A stretch of 63,150 nt of DNA, filler included, from Choristocarpus tenellus KU-1152 (Eukaryota > Protista > Phaeophyceae): assembly GCA_964200185.2 (NCBI GenBank). It is 9 parts of 9 records of this genome, joined end to end, with 100 filler letters (N's around TTAATTAATTAA, not from the genome) between each part and the next. Parts side by side here need not be neighbours in the genome. Positions count along the whole stretch, not along the records: positions 32,829 to 60,370 come from CAXNAD020000143.1; positions 60,471 to 63,150 come from CAXNAD020025708.1; 7 more parts are not named here. One strand, written 5' to 3'. Made by a program: the position numbers and the translations under genes. The notes under the pieces are model-generated. The model saw only the letters and a list, made by a program, of their open reading frames with translations. It had not been told where the DNA came from and did not search any database. Below are positions 49,001 to 63,070 of this stretch, in pieces (positions within the stretch are counted from its first letter, which is position 1; every line of letters starts with the position of its first letter).

Positions 49001-52000
49001 GTTGGCTGATGTGGACTTATTACTTGTCTGTTCTCATTATCTGGTGGCTGTTGATCAGGAGCTGAAGTTGAACTTCAACATGCTTATGGGGGTGGCGTCT
49101 CCCTTGCCTAGGGATGTTGATGAGAATAGGCCCATGCTTAGTAGCAACAGCCTGCCCCAGGATATGACCCCGGCAGATAGCAATGAAGGATCAGACCAAA
49201 TTCAGCAGGAGTCGCGACCATTGGTCTCTGAAGTAGGACGAAGAGGTCCTGCTGATGAGGTGGTTGGGATGGTATCTGCAACTGAAAAGCGCCACCAGTT
49301 CTCAACTGCAATTTTGCCAGAAAGAGAATGGCTCGCCATACAAGTACGTCCACCCTACTATTTGGATGGCAAAGTTGGATTGGGGGCAGACCTCCGTCTT
49401 GAGAGCCATGGTAATGAGGAAAGAAGTGATGGAAGCAATGTTCTTGAAATACCTTGCAATCCTTCCATGTCTGTTGGGCTGGAATTGGCCAGTGTCAGAA
49501 TTACCGACTATGGTGGCCTCAACAATGGAGTTGTATTTCCAACCCTGGTCGATGCGCCTGTTCTGGGGTCGGGGGTGGTTGCAGTGGAGGAGGCCAGAGC
49601 AAGGGACGGATCTGTGAAGGAAGAGGAGAGCCAAGTAGATGGGGATCAAGGGAGAGGCAAGGTTGTGAAGGTTGAATTTTCCATGTACAGTTGGGGGCGC
49701 ATTGAGGCTGGGGTAGATGTTTCCCGTGTGACACTAACTGCCCTCCCGATGAGAGGGCTAGCCATCCTGCAGACAGTGTTGAACTGCTTCACTGGCGATG
49801 AGGTATCGCGCTCAGAGGCAGAGCTGGACACTCTGGAGGAGGAGGGTTTGAAGTTGAGTGAAGAGGATAGTGAGGAAGAGGATAGTGAGGAAGAGGGAGA
49901 GGGAGCGGGGAATGGAGTGGGCCGAGTGGGGAAACTGGTACCAGAGCCCCCCCATGCAGCATACATGTGGCTTGGGCGGATTGAAGCCCGTGTATCAGCC
50001 TGTTTGACAGAGGTACACGTGGTGTTGGTGCAGGACCGGGAGGATGTCACGACCAATGTACTCATGATGCAGGTTGGTGATGAAGGGGGATGGTAGTGCC
50101 TGGGACCTGTGTAGTTAAGTGGGTTCACATTTGGGCATGTGTATTTTTGCATCTTTCCTAGGTGTTGGATAGTGGTGTACAATTGTGACTTTGTGTGGGA
50201 TTTACACGTTTCTTTGCTGGGTGTTAGACTGTGCCCTTAATTGTTAAGTCAACCACAGTATGTTTTGGATGACATTCCCCATATATTGGTAATGAAGTGC
50301 TATGATCTGATCGCACCTACTTGCTTGCTGACGCACTGAAAAGTCTTATCCACCAAGTATACCTTCAATAGTTATGTTGTAGCAGCACGGTCAGTACCAC
50401 CTAAACATTGGTGTCAAGTTTTAAAATGACATTTATATAGATGCAGGAAGCACTATATTATTCACACTTTACTGTGGTGAGGCTATTGGTGGAAGTAGAC
50501 CATAATCTCATGAGTATATTGGCAATGAGCATCATTTCTCCTCCTCTCCTTGTTTTTGTCCTGAAACAATGTCACACTAAGAGCTCCTTGCTGCAGTAGC
50601 CACAGTGGTATATTGTCGAGACCACCCACATCTCCTTGTTGTATCTTGCACTGTTCCCTCCATTGTTGCCAACAGTTAACGGTCTTCTTCTTCTTCCTCC
50701 CCTGTTGAACCTTTCCACCTGTCCCCACCCCTACTCACCCACTTCTGTCCCCATCACCTTTATCATCCTCAGAGACGCTGCCTTGCTTATCATTAATGAA
50801 GACACTTGCTGATTCGTGCCGTGTTCATTTGAGTTCACTACCAAAGCTCCAATATGCTCCCAATCTCTCCTTCTATCACTTGGTACCCATTCCAATACAA
50901 ACACCCCTCCCAACCAACATAACCCCACCCAGGTAGGAGAGGCCTCTGCTATTGCAAACATTAAAGATACGATGGAGTCTCTAACTGTAGATGTCAAGGA
51001 CATGACTCTGGTACCCTGTGTGCAGAGCACGGGGGCCTCACGGAGGATATCTAATACTTGTCGCACACTCCAGGAAGCATCTGTTGCAGTTGTGCTGAGA
51101 TTAGCTGACCCTGGTACCCCTGGTCAACTTGGTCGTCCCTCTGCGCCAGGAGTATGTTTCATGAGAGAGGATAGTAGAGGTGAGCTCACCTCTTTCCTCA
51201 TCTCCTTAACCAACCTCACTTTCACAGTTGGACTGGAGGTATTCGTGACAACTGAAGCTATTTTCAGTAACTAAAACGATTGCTGTGGGACACACAAGTG
51301 AATGCTGTTGGACTCCAGTCTGTGCCTACCTGCCAATGGGTGATGTATAGACTAGAGTTGGGGTTTATTTTCCTGACTGTTGCTGTGTGGGATAGAGCAA
51401 TATTTCGCTTGGTATGAGCACCTAACCATGTAACAGATGACTGGAGTGCATTAGCATTTCTCTAACCCTCATTGTCTTTTACCTCTACATGGGTGATGGA
51501 TTGATATGCATGCGGTTGTAGGAGGTGAGGGTGGGAGCAGGGACGAGAATGAGGTTGTCAATAATGTTGTGGGGCTCCTCTCTGAAGCTGGGCCACTGCT
51601 AGAGTTGCTGGATGATGTAGGAGCGGGACTACCAGTGAAGGTGAGGTGCATAAATGATAAAAGGATTGGCCTTTGAGCCACCATGCTTGATTTTTGAGAA
51701 TGAAAGTGAAACAGAATGGAAGGGTGTAGTAGGAAAAGGTTATTGTAGCAGCTTTGAGAAGTAGGGACATGCCATTATCTGGGAGGCTATGAAACATGGC
51801 GGATGTCATGGCTATGGTGTCAACTAGGATGTGCATTTTTCTTCCCTATTTTACATGGCGCCAGTCAATATTTTTGCCCAACATTTTCTCGCCTACCCTT
51901 CTAGAGAAGTGCTATTGCTGCAAATCTCATAATTGATAAGCAGTTTCATCTTTTTACAAGCCAATGCCTGATATATTTCATTCAATCGGATGTGGTAGTG

Positions 52001-55000
52001 CTGAATACAGCCCTATCAGAATTTGGACAAAAAAGGACAATCTTGGTCATTATTTTTATTTGCAGCAGTGCTTGGTGCGCAAGAATGACCATTGCAATTA
52101 ATTTTTTCTATTTTTTTACGCCAATAATGCTGCATCAAAGCATTTTGCAATGTTCCTTTTGTGACAGCTATTGTTTTCTCTCCAGGTATGTTTTATTTTC
52201 CCACTTTCTAGCCAAGCAGTAGGTGATAGGTAAGATCTCCAGCACAAAAAGGAACAACCACAAGATGGTAGGTGCACTATTTTTGGGATATGAATGATCT
52301 TCTGATAATGATAATATGATCTTTATCATCTGACAGTCACACAAAGCTCTCTATTCAAAAAATTGTCTGGGGAGATTTTGAAGGAATCTGTAGTTACAGC
52401 ACCCATTTATGTTGTACTAGGTGTGAAGTACAGGTTTCTCAGTAGGCTCAGCTTATGTTCTCACACTAAAGGTGTGTACTGTATACGAACCTTGCTATCC
52501 TTAAGGTAATCTCACACTTCCCTTCTTGTCCTCACTGATGGGCCTATCCTCTCTGGAACCTCTGCTATTCTTGCTATTGCTGTGGGCACAAAACTGATCC
52601 TTACCCGACAGGACCTGGAACTATTACCTGTTACCAAGCAACAGATCATTGCGCCTGTTTCTGTGCACATTCACTACTCTACCCGTGCCATTAAGCCTGG
52701 CATTCAAGGAGGTAAAGACGAAGGTGGAAAATGTGGTGTTGGTGTTGCCTCTGAGAGCAGCGTCCTGGGGGCTCAAACCAGCACTACTCAAGGAGCCAAG
52801 AGGGACTCTGTAACCCCAGAGTTGATAGAAAATGGAGAAGCAACTTCAACGGGGGTAGTGCCCCCTATTGCCAACTTGGGATTGGGAGGGATAAGGGAGA
52901 ATGAGGTCCAGAATGAGGTTCGGGATGAGATTATGGAGACGGATGTTTCAGTTGGTGTGATGATGGCAGAAGAGAGAGGAAATGGTGGGGATGATTTCTA
53001 TGGCGATGTGATTGTGATTATCGACAAGGTGGTCATGCCCCTAGATAATTCTGACGAAGGCAGGGTTATAAAGGGTACTGGGAAGAAGGCAAAGGAAGTT
53101 GAGGAATCCGACCATGTCAGGAGCAGTTCTGTGCAGGCAAGGGGGGTAACTGGGGAGAACAGAGAGGAGACAGTTCTCTCCCTGCTGGCGTTATTGTAAC
53201 TGCACATGTGATTTGCTGAACATATCGCTTCCACATTTCATCTTTGTTAAGTTGTATTTGCTCCGGGTAGTTAGGGTAAGGGATACAGTTGAGATTTTGG
53301 GTTGTCAGAATATATAGTTATATTGTTCCTTGTGTTAAGGTTGTCTGGCTCCTGATTCTTGTTGTCACTGCTTTGGGATCCCACATACCCAGCTGTTCTG
53401 CTCTTGGAGCTGCTGCAAAATCCTGCCAGCTTCATCACAACCTATATTTTGAAGAGGAAATCAAATTGGTGGTGATGTTACCTTCAATGAGAACTTTTCG
53501 TCTTTCGTGGATAGTCCACTCTTGCCCCTGTCGATGTGACCTCACTCTTTCCTCCTCCTATCTTTTCCCTCACCCTAAATGTCTCCTCTCAGGTGTCAGT
53601 GAGAGTAAGTGATCAAAAGCAAACTGCCACAATACCGTTGACGCAACCTATCACTGTGTCCCCAGCCTCAACCCCACGTCCTAGTACTGCTGACACTGAG
53701 GTCCTGGCAGCCCCAGCTCCCCCTTCCCAGACATCTAGTCCATGGGATAAACCCCGACTTGTCTTCAAGCCAGTCACCCGAATACAGGCGGCTGAGGTGC
53801 AAGTTGGAATTCAAATGGGGGGGGTTACAACAGGATTTGTTATGGCAGCAGTTCCAGGGGTCTGGACTAGAGTTGGAGAGCCAGAGGTTTCACCCCAGGC
53901 AAAGAAAACGTTGGAAGTTATGGGTAGAGATGGCAAGGTGATGGGCATTGTGCAGGTGCGAAAGGAGGGGAATATAGTGGATTTGAAATGGTATTGTTAT
54001 TGGCGTTTTGCAGGGATCTACATGTGGATACTTGTTGCTCGTTGTTGCAGCGTGTTTTGTTAAAATTGTTGATTAAGTATGTAGTTTGTCTTGATAGACT
54101 TAAAGAAGTAGAGTACAATGTAGCAGGGAGAAGCTGTGGTGTTGTCACTATTGTGAACACCCTCCACTTCTGGTTTTGGATGTAAATGAGAGGTTAACCA
54201 TAAGGCCCCACGAAATTTGTTTCTATGGGCAAGTGTCACTAATGTCTTCCATTGTTTTATCCCTGTGCAGCCCCCACAAATTTCTCTCTATGTGACTGAG
54301 GCCAGAGGTACTACTGATGCATTTTGTTTAATAATTAATATTAGAATAGATAGATTGTCAGTATCTGCAATACTTCCAATGGGGGTGCGATGTGCCATTT
54401 TCCCTTCCCCTTTGGATCAAGGATTTACATTAGGTTCCTTGATTTGGTAACTTGGTGGAGTTAGAAGTTGGTGAGGTACACATCCACTACGGCACTGTAA
54501 ATTGATTACAATATTTTTTATGGGAGCATTCTCGTTGTTGGCCGTGTGTTAACGTGCCTTACACAGCACAACTTCAAACAATATTTTTTTCTTGCTGCTT
54601 TTGATGGTAGAGCATATTTAGTATCATACTACAAACTATGTGAGCACTAGCACTTTGAAGTAACCCTTGCCTCATTGCTGAGCGTGATACTGCAAGCAAT
54701 GCACTGTCTTCTTGGTTTGGAAAATACTGTTGAAGATGCACATCGTAACTATGACTGTTCATCTCTTGCCATTTCACTATACAAATCTTACGCTAAAAAA
54801 GAGATTCTATCCCAGGTCTGTCGTTCTACCCTCACCACCCACCTTTCTGTGCTCTCATGTCCACCTGCCTGCCTTCGTGTTGACTTTGCTTCCTCCCTCC
54901 TTTTGTCTTGCTTCTCGATTGTGGCACCTCTGCCCAGCTCTTCATTGAGTGGCGACCTCGACGCCTTCTTGTCAGTGTAGCCGATGCAAGGGGCATCACC

Positions 55001-58000
55001 CTTCCACATGGAACAACAAGGCTATCAATCAAGGGCGCTCTCAAGGGGAAGGTATACGCAACTACTAATATCAACAATGCGGTCGCTAGGTCATACCATT
55101 CTCTAATCCCTATTGTACTTGCCTTTCTACTAACACTTCGTGCACTCCCCCTAACCCTTTCATGTCCCTTTGCTCATTACGTCTCTCCTACCATGTGCTG
55201 GACTTTTTCATGTTTGTGGTGTCAGGAGTCGTTTTGCTGTACTAGAGCAGTGGCCATTCCACCTGGCTCAAACGTTATTAATCTGGATGAGGGCATGCTT
55301 TTTCGATGCACTGAGCCACATCCAGTTGTAATTCTGCATGCTCTGGCAGGAAATGGGATCGAGTCAGGTCCTGTGGGTTGGGATGAGGAGGAAGGAGGCA
55401 AGTTAAGCTATGGGGATGCCAGTGTTTCTAATACAGGTGCCATCACTGATCAAGATATGTCCGGAGGAGGTTCCAGTCAAGAAGTGACCCTGACTGAGGA
55501 GAGTGGGTTGGGGTCAGGTACACTGGAACTGGCTACTCTAGAGCTTTTACTTGAAGATGTGAAGGGGTGTTCATTGTCATACAGATCATGTGTTTCACCC
55601 TGGGGGTTGGATGATGAGGCGAACAGTAGGTCGGAGGAGCATGGGAAAGAAAATGGTGCAACAATAATCGACATGGGATCTCTGAGAGTGGCAATGACCT
55701 TGGTTTGCACAGATTCTGGGGGCAAGGTTAGTGGAGAGTCAAATTTCAGTTTGACTGTAGGGTTAGGTTTACATTAGTTTTTTCTGTTGCCTCTAGGGTT
55801 GGGTTTAGGACCAGAGCAGATAGTTTTAAGAGATGTTTTTGTTAAGACTATCTTTTGAGGGGGTAGGTCATTTGTCTGGATTAGAAGCTAGGATTCCAAA
55901 ACTCAAATGTGCCACCTGGGAATGCTCAGGTACTACCACCGCCGGAAGGAAGTGAATACCTGGGCCTCCCACTTTCTTGTTTGAATTTTCCTACTCGAGT
56001 TGCCCATACAACACCTCAAGATGCTGGACTACAGATTGGGACAAACCTGGAACTCCACATTAGCTCAGGGCTTAGGATACAGGTGGGTGGGAAGGGGAGG
56101 CCATACAATATTAGGACAAAGAGAAGAGAGATTGGGCTAATTGTTGCATGATGCATTTCAAGAGCATGATTGTGTTTGCAGATGGATGTAATGATATGGG
56201 AGTGGAGTTTGCTGGGATAACGGATGTGAATTGCTCCAGCAAGTGTAGAATCAGATTATAAATTAGAGGTACCCAGGATACTGCATGAAACCCCAACTTT
56301 TTTTAAATTGTAGAGCTTATGGTTGGCCATGGCTATATCCACTTCTTGAAAGCACTACAGCAATCATATCAATGGTCCAAATACCTTGTGCAAACAATGC
56401 TTCCGACCCAAGCCTTGTCCAAATCCTGCTCACATTTTCCTCCCAAGTTCCCTAGCTAACCACAAAATCATATTGAATCCCTGTTGCCAACCTTCTCAGG
56501 TGACTGATGTGGATCTAGCTGTAATTAAGGGCATTGCAGATACTCTTTTATCTCCACATCTTTTCAATGAGGAAGTGACAGCACCTGGAGCAGTGGGGCC
56601 TGACGCAGGTGCTAGCTCCACTGCAGCTGCGGCACGCAACTTGGGCAAGGAGCAACTGCGCGCTGTGGCCAGACTTCGACAGGCATTTCGTGAGGCAGAT
56701 GTCGATGGGAATGGTATTTTGGACAGAGAAGAGGTGGACAGCATGCTTCGTACTCATCTAGAACAGCAAGATTTGGGTCCAGCAGAGATGGAGGCACAGG
56801 TGGCGCAGTTGATTAAGTGAGTGCAATGATTTTGACTCTTAATTGGTTGTAGTATGGCCTCCACTGTCGTTGGTGATGATAAGCATTGGATCTGGAAGTA
56901 GAGAGTATGTGGAAGAAGACCAGATATGTGGTCTGGTAGATATGGTGTGATAGATGATACAGGTGTGATCAAACTTAGCTTTGGTCACAGTTCAGAGTAG
57001 ATAGGTACGGATAAGAGAGAATGGTTTCATGGGTAGAGAAGCTTAGAGTGGTATATAGCTCTCTAAGGCAGGGCGTGGAAGTGGGTAGATAATTCTTGCA
57101 CATGTTGTCATTTAATTTTGGTCTGTTGTATGACCCACTGTACTTGGAGAACATTCAGAGGGTGGTCAGGGAAAGTACCAGCTATCATGAAGGTTGTCAG
57201 TGAGGTGATTTGTCTTTACGAAGTTACCAGGTTTTCGTTTGACAAATATTTAAAGGTACTAGAGGCATATGTAGCACATTTGCTCAATTTTGTTGGTCTG
57301 TTGTGCAGGCTGTGCGAGGGACAATGCCTCTCCTCAGTGTTGTCCATATTGACAACAGTGCTTGGAGGGAGAGATTTAGTAATTCCTGGGGCGTTTTGTG
57401 GTAACACATGGAAAATGAATTTTCTGTAACCTTAAAGGCTCCATCATGATGCATAATCTTCTACTTGGGAGCATTCATCACGTATGGGACAGAGGGGATT
57501 GACTACCAGAGGGGTGCTTTCATTCAAAATACCTACATTTTTTATTGCTTCATATTTTTACTTCAGTAGGTACCCTGGTAGTGTATAACCCTTGGAACAT
57601 ATGGTTATATTGTGTTGGTAAAATTATTGAGGTACTTGTTTGTCTCCTGTTTGGATGAGAGACTTGGGAGGCGGAGTCAAGAGACCAGAGAAGTGCCAGA
57701 AAGTGGGATGCACGTGTAAGAAATAGGTAGCGTTGGAAAGAACGACTAGTGTCTTTCTGTCATCCTCTTCTATATTCCATTCTATGTATGCCCCTCCCAT
57801 CTGCTGGCTCCTACTCACCTTTGCTCTCATTCCTACCATAGTCTTCACCCCAATCCAAAACCTCTCCTGACCCTACCTTCATCCTTACTGCTAATGTTTC
57901 TTGCCCCAAATGAAACTAACAGTGTCCTAGACGAGGATGATTCTGCTACCTTGACCATCAATGATTTTACATCTGTAATGGTGAGGCTTGTTAGCAGAGC

Positions 58001-59978
58001 TGCAGATGAGCAGATGTTAGAACGGGCCAGGCGCGCAGCACTTCGGTCAGCTTTCCAGGGTGCAGATCTTGATGGTTCAGGCACGTTGGATGTGGCGGAG
58101 ATCACTTCGCTCTTGGAGAGGCTGGAGACCAGGCAAACACAGTCAGAGCTGAAGAGGGAGGTGGGGATGGTCAGGCAGAGATTTGTCTGTGTGCATGTCA
58201 TTGTGTGTGTGTGTGTTGTGTGTTGAGGAGGCAACGGGGAGGCAGAAAGAGAGTGGCCGAGAGGTAGGGTGAGTGTGCATGTTCAAGTATGCCTTATTTC
58301 GAGTATTTCTTGCTTGTATTTTTGTTGCATCCAATGTGACTGCGCTATAGTGGAGGGACAACAAGTTGACCTTATATATATGCTCATGATATAATACTGC
58401 TCTAAACAGGTATCTCGATTTATGCAGTTGGCAGACACTGATGGCAGCGGTACTGTGGACGAGGATGAGTTTATTTGTTTGATTGATATCCTGCGGAAGG
58501 GCAACCCACATGAAGGACCCCTGGATGTTCAGGTCAGCCCCTGAGTCCTGCATAGCCCTCACCGCCCTCCCACGTCTGCTGAAACCTCCTGCTATGTTGC
58601 GTTGCATCTCCTATGACCATCCTCAAGTCACCAGAGTTGAGGCCAGATTTGCGATAGAGTGGCGCTACTATGCTGGGTTCCTATTTGTCTTTAGAAGTAG
58701 TACTCTATTATTACGTTCACTCCCGGCAGTTGAAGTATTCAAAGTTCTACAGTACTGTTGATGTAAGAACTGCTCTGGTTATGTGTTAGACTCTCTAATG
58801 CTTACAGAGCACTACAAATATGGGCAACCTAGTGTAACACTGTTATGCTGAAACAATCCATTTCTCCCCTCTCTTATTTCTCGCAGTGATGGTATTCTAG
58901 AGTATGTAGTTGAAGTGCTTTAACACCAAGAAGGAAGGACACCTGCAGTGCCTCTATTGAAAAATGGTCATATACACTTTTTAAACAAACCAAGCCATTT
59001 TTCAAAGGTGCTGCTTTATTCTACTCACAAACTCCAGGAAGCAAACAAGCACTTTGTCTCAAACAGATATTGAGTGAATGATCGAATTGTACTGCATGTT
59101 AGTAGAAGCCCTTCCTTCAACTGCGCCTAGTACACCTTCCACTGCTCATCCACCTATGCTGCAGGCAGGAGAGTATCGTTCACCTATTGTCACACAGGCA
59201 CTGCTTGAGGGCTTTTCCAGCCTTCCTCAACTCCTGGCAGCACGTCCCCCAACATTTTTTCCCAACAACTTCTGGGCAATCATGAAGAGTGAGATGCGAG
59301 CGACGCAGCAAGGTGTCATTTTGGAACAAGCCAAGGGGTCCTTACAGGTAGTTGCAGTCACAAAAAGACTGTATGTGTGATGGTCATAGATCAGTGCTCT
59401 TTCTTCCTCCACTCTCCAAGCCTCACACTCAGACCTTGACATGCTCATATTCAAGGTGCTGTAATATGGAACATGCTCTCCCTCTTTCTTCCTTGTCTGG
59501 ACCTCAGGTCCTGTCGAGTCACCATCGTTCTCTCCCCTTACGTGAGACACATGTATACCATTTTTAAATAGTCAGACTTGACATTGAACGTTCAATCATA
59601 TACATTTTACTTGGAGTATATATATTCCTTTCCATTGCTCATCCGCCTCCCATATCATCCATTGACACCTTTTCCAGGTCGTACATATCTCATCTTGTCC
59701 TCTCCTCCATGACTCAAACTACACACTTTTCAACTTTTTCAACTTTTTCAACTTTTTCTTTCTAGGCAAAAATGGTCAAGGCCTTTTACAACTACCGCTT
59801 TGCCAAGGATGCCTGGTCCCTTCTGGTAGCACCAGCTTGGCTTCCTGGCCTGCCAAGGGTGGGGTCGATTACCGCCCATGTGTATCAGGCGGGTAATAAT
59901 ATACAGAAAACAAGCTTGTTCGAAGGATGCATGCCGATATCAGCCCCCATACGAGAGGGTACATATATCTACTCACAG
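46064..59978 (+). CDS. Large VPS13/chorein-like lipid-transfer protein with N-terminal TM helix, C2-like and EF-hand domains; multi-exon, 3' incomplete
   Basis: ATG 46064 followed by a hydrophobic helix. LDFALNNLSAHLECIHLRIRD, LGLRLG and RLLDIRAIDLYHD resemble the VPS13 N-terminal region. Long GT-AG exons (46064-47821, 48020-48613, 49059-50072 and further). C2-like LLVSVADARGI; EF-hands DVDGNGILDREE, DLDGSGTLDVAE, DTDGSGTVDEDEF. Confidence 0.7.
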
Positions 59979-60286
59979 GTGGGAGGAAATATAGGATTTA
60001 AGAGGGATTAGAGTGATTGAGTTTTGATATAGACTCCCCACCTTATTCCTTGAGATTAGACGATTGTCTCTCTGGCTTGAGGTTGAGGTTGAGGTATATA
60101 ATAGTTCATGTACATGGAGATAAGTTATTTGGTTTTTGTTATAGTTTTTTTCGAATGTACAGAAGTCTGTGCTCCTTATTTAAGCAATATGCATACTGTT
60201 TTGATTTTTTTGAAGTTACACTCGCAGAAGTTTGCTGTCGATTGAAGTGGCTAAGATACCTAACTGATCTTTTTCATTTCATACAG

Positions 60287-60370
60287 GGCTCAAAGTATCT
60301 GGGGGGGGGGGGGGGGGGGGGGGTTTTTGTTTCGGGGCCCATTTTTTTTTTGGGGGTTTTTTGGGGTTTT
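60287..60370 (+). mobile_element. G-rich MITE end at contig end
   Basis: GGCTC-AAAGTATCT followed by poly-G (low quality). Confidence 0.65.
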
Positions 60371-60470
60371 NNNNNNNNNNNNNNNNNNNNNNNNNNNNNN
60401 NNNNNNNNNNNNNNTTAATTAATTAANNNNNNNNNNNNNNNNNNNNNNNNNNNNNNNNNNNNNNNNNNNN

Positions 60471-60505
60471 AGGACGCCGAAACCCCCCCCTAGATAATTT
60501 GACCC
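60471..60505 (-). mobile_element. Short-spacer MITE end at contig start
   Basis: GGAC-16 bp-AGATAATTT-GACCC. Confidence 0.6.
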
Positions 60506-61064
60506 AGCTTCTACCACTTGTCCAGAGAATATCGAGGCTTGAATCCATTTTCCACAAAGAGAAAAGTGGCACGTGTCCGCTTGAAGCGACGCTCAAACGC
60601 AATACTATCAACTGTGCCTTTGGTAAGTCCTCCTCAAGCTTCTTGTTCGAAAAAGGCGATGAATGCTTAGGTTCAGATATCCTTCAGCTAGCCCATATAT
60701 GGGATACGCCGCCAAGCTGCTCCCCCTGCATGACTCACTATTATTCCAAACTCATGCACGCATGAACTTGGCAAACATACTATCGTTCCATAGTGTTCCG
60801 TTGAAGTAGTTCCATCCGTCCTTGCCGGTTTTTCCGTACACTGGTCTCCACATCGACTCAAGGTTCTTATCCTGTATTAGCCCTACTGAAAGAACAGCGG
60901 GCAGAGGATCCTTACTGTGATTTGAAGCATAGTTATGAAGAGCAGACTTGTGAAGGGGCATTCTGTGTCCATCGCACTCTGGGGACTCTGGGATCCATAT
61001 TATTCATTCTTTGCCCAACAAACGCTGCCCACCTCCCAACAGTGGGCGCTGCTTTAGATCCAAT

Positions 61065-62824
61065 CAGTTGAAGTGTCTTAGAGGGTAGAGTCGCGTCCGT
61101 TTGGGGACCAAAATCCCATGTCGCGATTTAGATGTAATTACGGCTATCATGTTTGTTAGGAAGTGTCAGTATCCTTGTTCTGGACAAACCTTTTCATAAT
61201 GTACTATAGTGGTACCAATAGCTTATGCGACTGGGGTTGTCCCGTCATAACTTTTGATGTAGACATCGGATTAAAAAATAAAAGCATAATCGTGATGCCC
61301 GTCACAATGCCCTCCAGAGTATGGGCTTCGTTTTTGTTTTTCGCCATTTTTTTATAATTTTGAAGAAAGAGCGGTCATATTGGGGTTCGAACCCTGGATT
61401 GTATGTCACCATGAGTGGGAACAGATACACTATTACTTGATTAAAGTATGGAGTTTAGACAGGAAAAAGCCTCCCCACCCTTTCCTTTTGTGTGTTCACA
61501 CACCCACTCTTTGACCTGGGCAAAGATGTCCTCGTCGAGGTTCAGAGCAAAACTCCTCTTGTAGCGCCCTTGCTCCGGCACCTTGATGTGGCCCTTCGTT
61601 AGGAAGTCTGTCTCCCATTTACTCACAGTTTCTGACCTGACCATCGCATATCCTGCTGCCATCTCGAGTGCCGTTTGAAAGGTCTTTCCCGTCGTTCATA
61701 CACAGGTACAGGATTCGCAGTGTTAAGAGCCTTTACTATCACATTTCCTCGTTGAGCACCGGAAATGGGTTACCTTCTTTCGGGCTTCAGAGCCCTTACA
61801 GCCCGACCCTAAAACCTTCTTTCTCGTTTCCTAAGCCACTCTGACTCACATAGCTTCCAAACAGCTAGGACCAGGCTTCACCACAGTCTTCGTCACTGTA
61901 CCACACCTGGAGATGGACTCGCTGTTCTCTTCCTGCTTTCCCGAGGCGGCAGAGACTGCAGAGCAGTGCTCCGACGTGGTTGAAGACCCAACCACGGTTG
62001 TGTGGTAATGCTTTCAATGCATCTTCTCTCAGCGTCAGTGTCGCAACCGCGTGGTCCATTTCGCAATTTGATCACGCTGCTGCGCCACAGTTACACGCAC
62101 TTTCTCGTCGCCTAAGATGGCACTGAATATCACACGGTACTTGTTTTTGTCGCCTCTCGACAGAGAAGGTGCAGATGATAGATCCAACGCGGCTCTCCAT
62201 TTCTCACCGTTGTGGTTAATGTTGCTGTGTGGGTCACCTGTGTGTGTGTTCACAGAAAGTCTGCAAAATATGTTAAAACGATGTCCGAGAATCTTGTTTT
62301 TGTTTCGGTATGGCTACACGCACCGTAAATTAACAGGGGACTATCCCAAACCAGATTTTCCAGGAAATTCAGCCAACCACTTCATTTTTGTATCTTTTGA
62401 GATTGTGACAATCAAAATTGCATCGGAGTTATTCCCCTGCGTTTTTGCCATTCTTTGATCGGGGTATAGTTCACTGGAGTTAGTACATTCCTGCATAGAT
62501 ACATTCAACCCCCCTCTTCACATAATAAGCGTTCATTTGATATGTATATTATTGCATACCTCTCGTGGCAAGACAGTGAAAAAACGCAAGATTGCCACAG
62601 ACGGCGAAGCTATTGATACCGCTTTACTACTTGCTTTTCCGTCGCCTCTCCATAGAGAAGGTGCCGAGGGTACATCCAGGGGGCAGAGTGGGATCAGTGG
62701 CATGTAGTGTACATTTTACGTACTCCGAAATGTTGCGGAGTTGAAAAATATCAGATGAAACTCGTGTAAAGCCAAGCCCCAAATAGACAGAGTGAAACTC
62801 GTACCCTCTAAGATGCTTTCACCC
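61065..62824 (+). mobile_element. Subfamily A MITE split by a ~1.5-kb insertion
   Basis: TSD CAAT (61061-61064 / 62825-62828). Left half 61065-61204 (GAAGTGTCT-16-GTCCGTTTG) and right half 62708-62824 (CAAATAGAC-22-AGATGCTTT) together align with the reverse complement of 1749-2009. Confidence 0.8.
61205..62707 (-). mobile_element. Inserted segment carrying a decayed transposase-like N-terminal fragment
   Basis: VSKWETDFLTKGHIKVPEQGRYKRSFALNLDEDIFAQVKEWV resembles the HTH region of eukaryotic IS630/Tc1-like transposases. TGTAC occurs at both junctions (61200-61204, 62708-62712). Confidence 0.4.
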
Positions 62825-63070
62825 CAATACAACTATGTCACTGTCCAAACGAGTCTGACCCCTGTCTCACAATAATATGGTCCTTCAACTTCATCAGCAC
62901 CCATTTCAACTTCATCATTTGACATGGTCGTCTCCATTGTTGATAGTGTGGTACATCCTCGGACATAATTGGCAAGGAGAGTTGTGAGAGGTGATCCAGC
63001 TCCCGTCCCAGGATGGATACAAACAGGAGAGACCACCTCTCTTGAGAGACATGGTGTACAGTTCGATCCT

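Noticed and set aside
3204-60470. Recurrent TTAATTAATTAA palindrome between N runs
   Set aside because: Artificial contig-joining linker; adjacency of genes across it has no biological meaning
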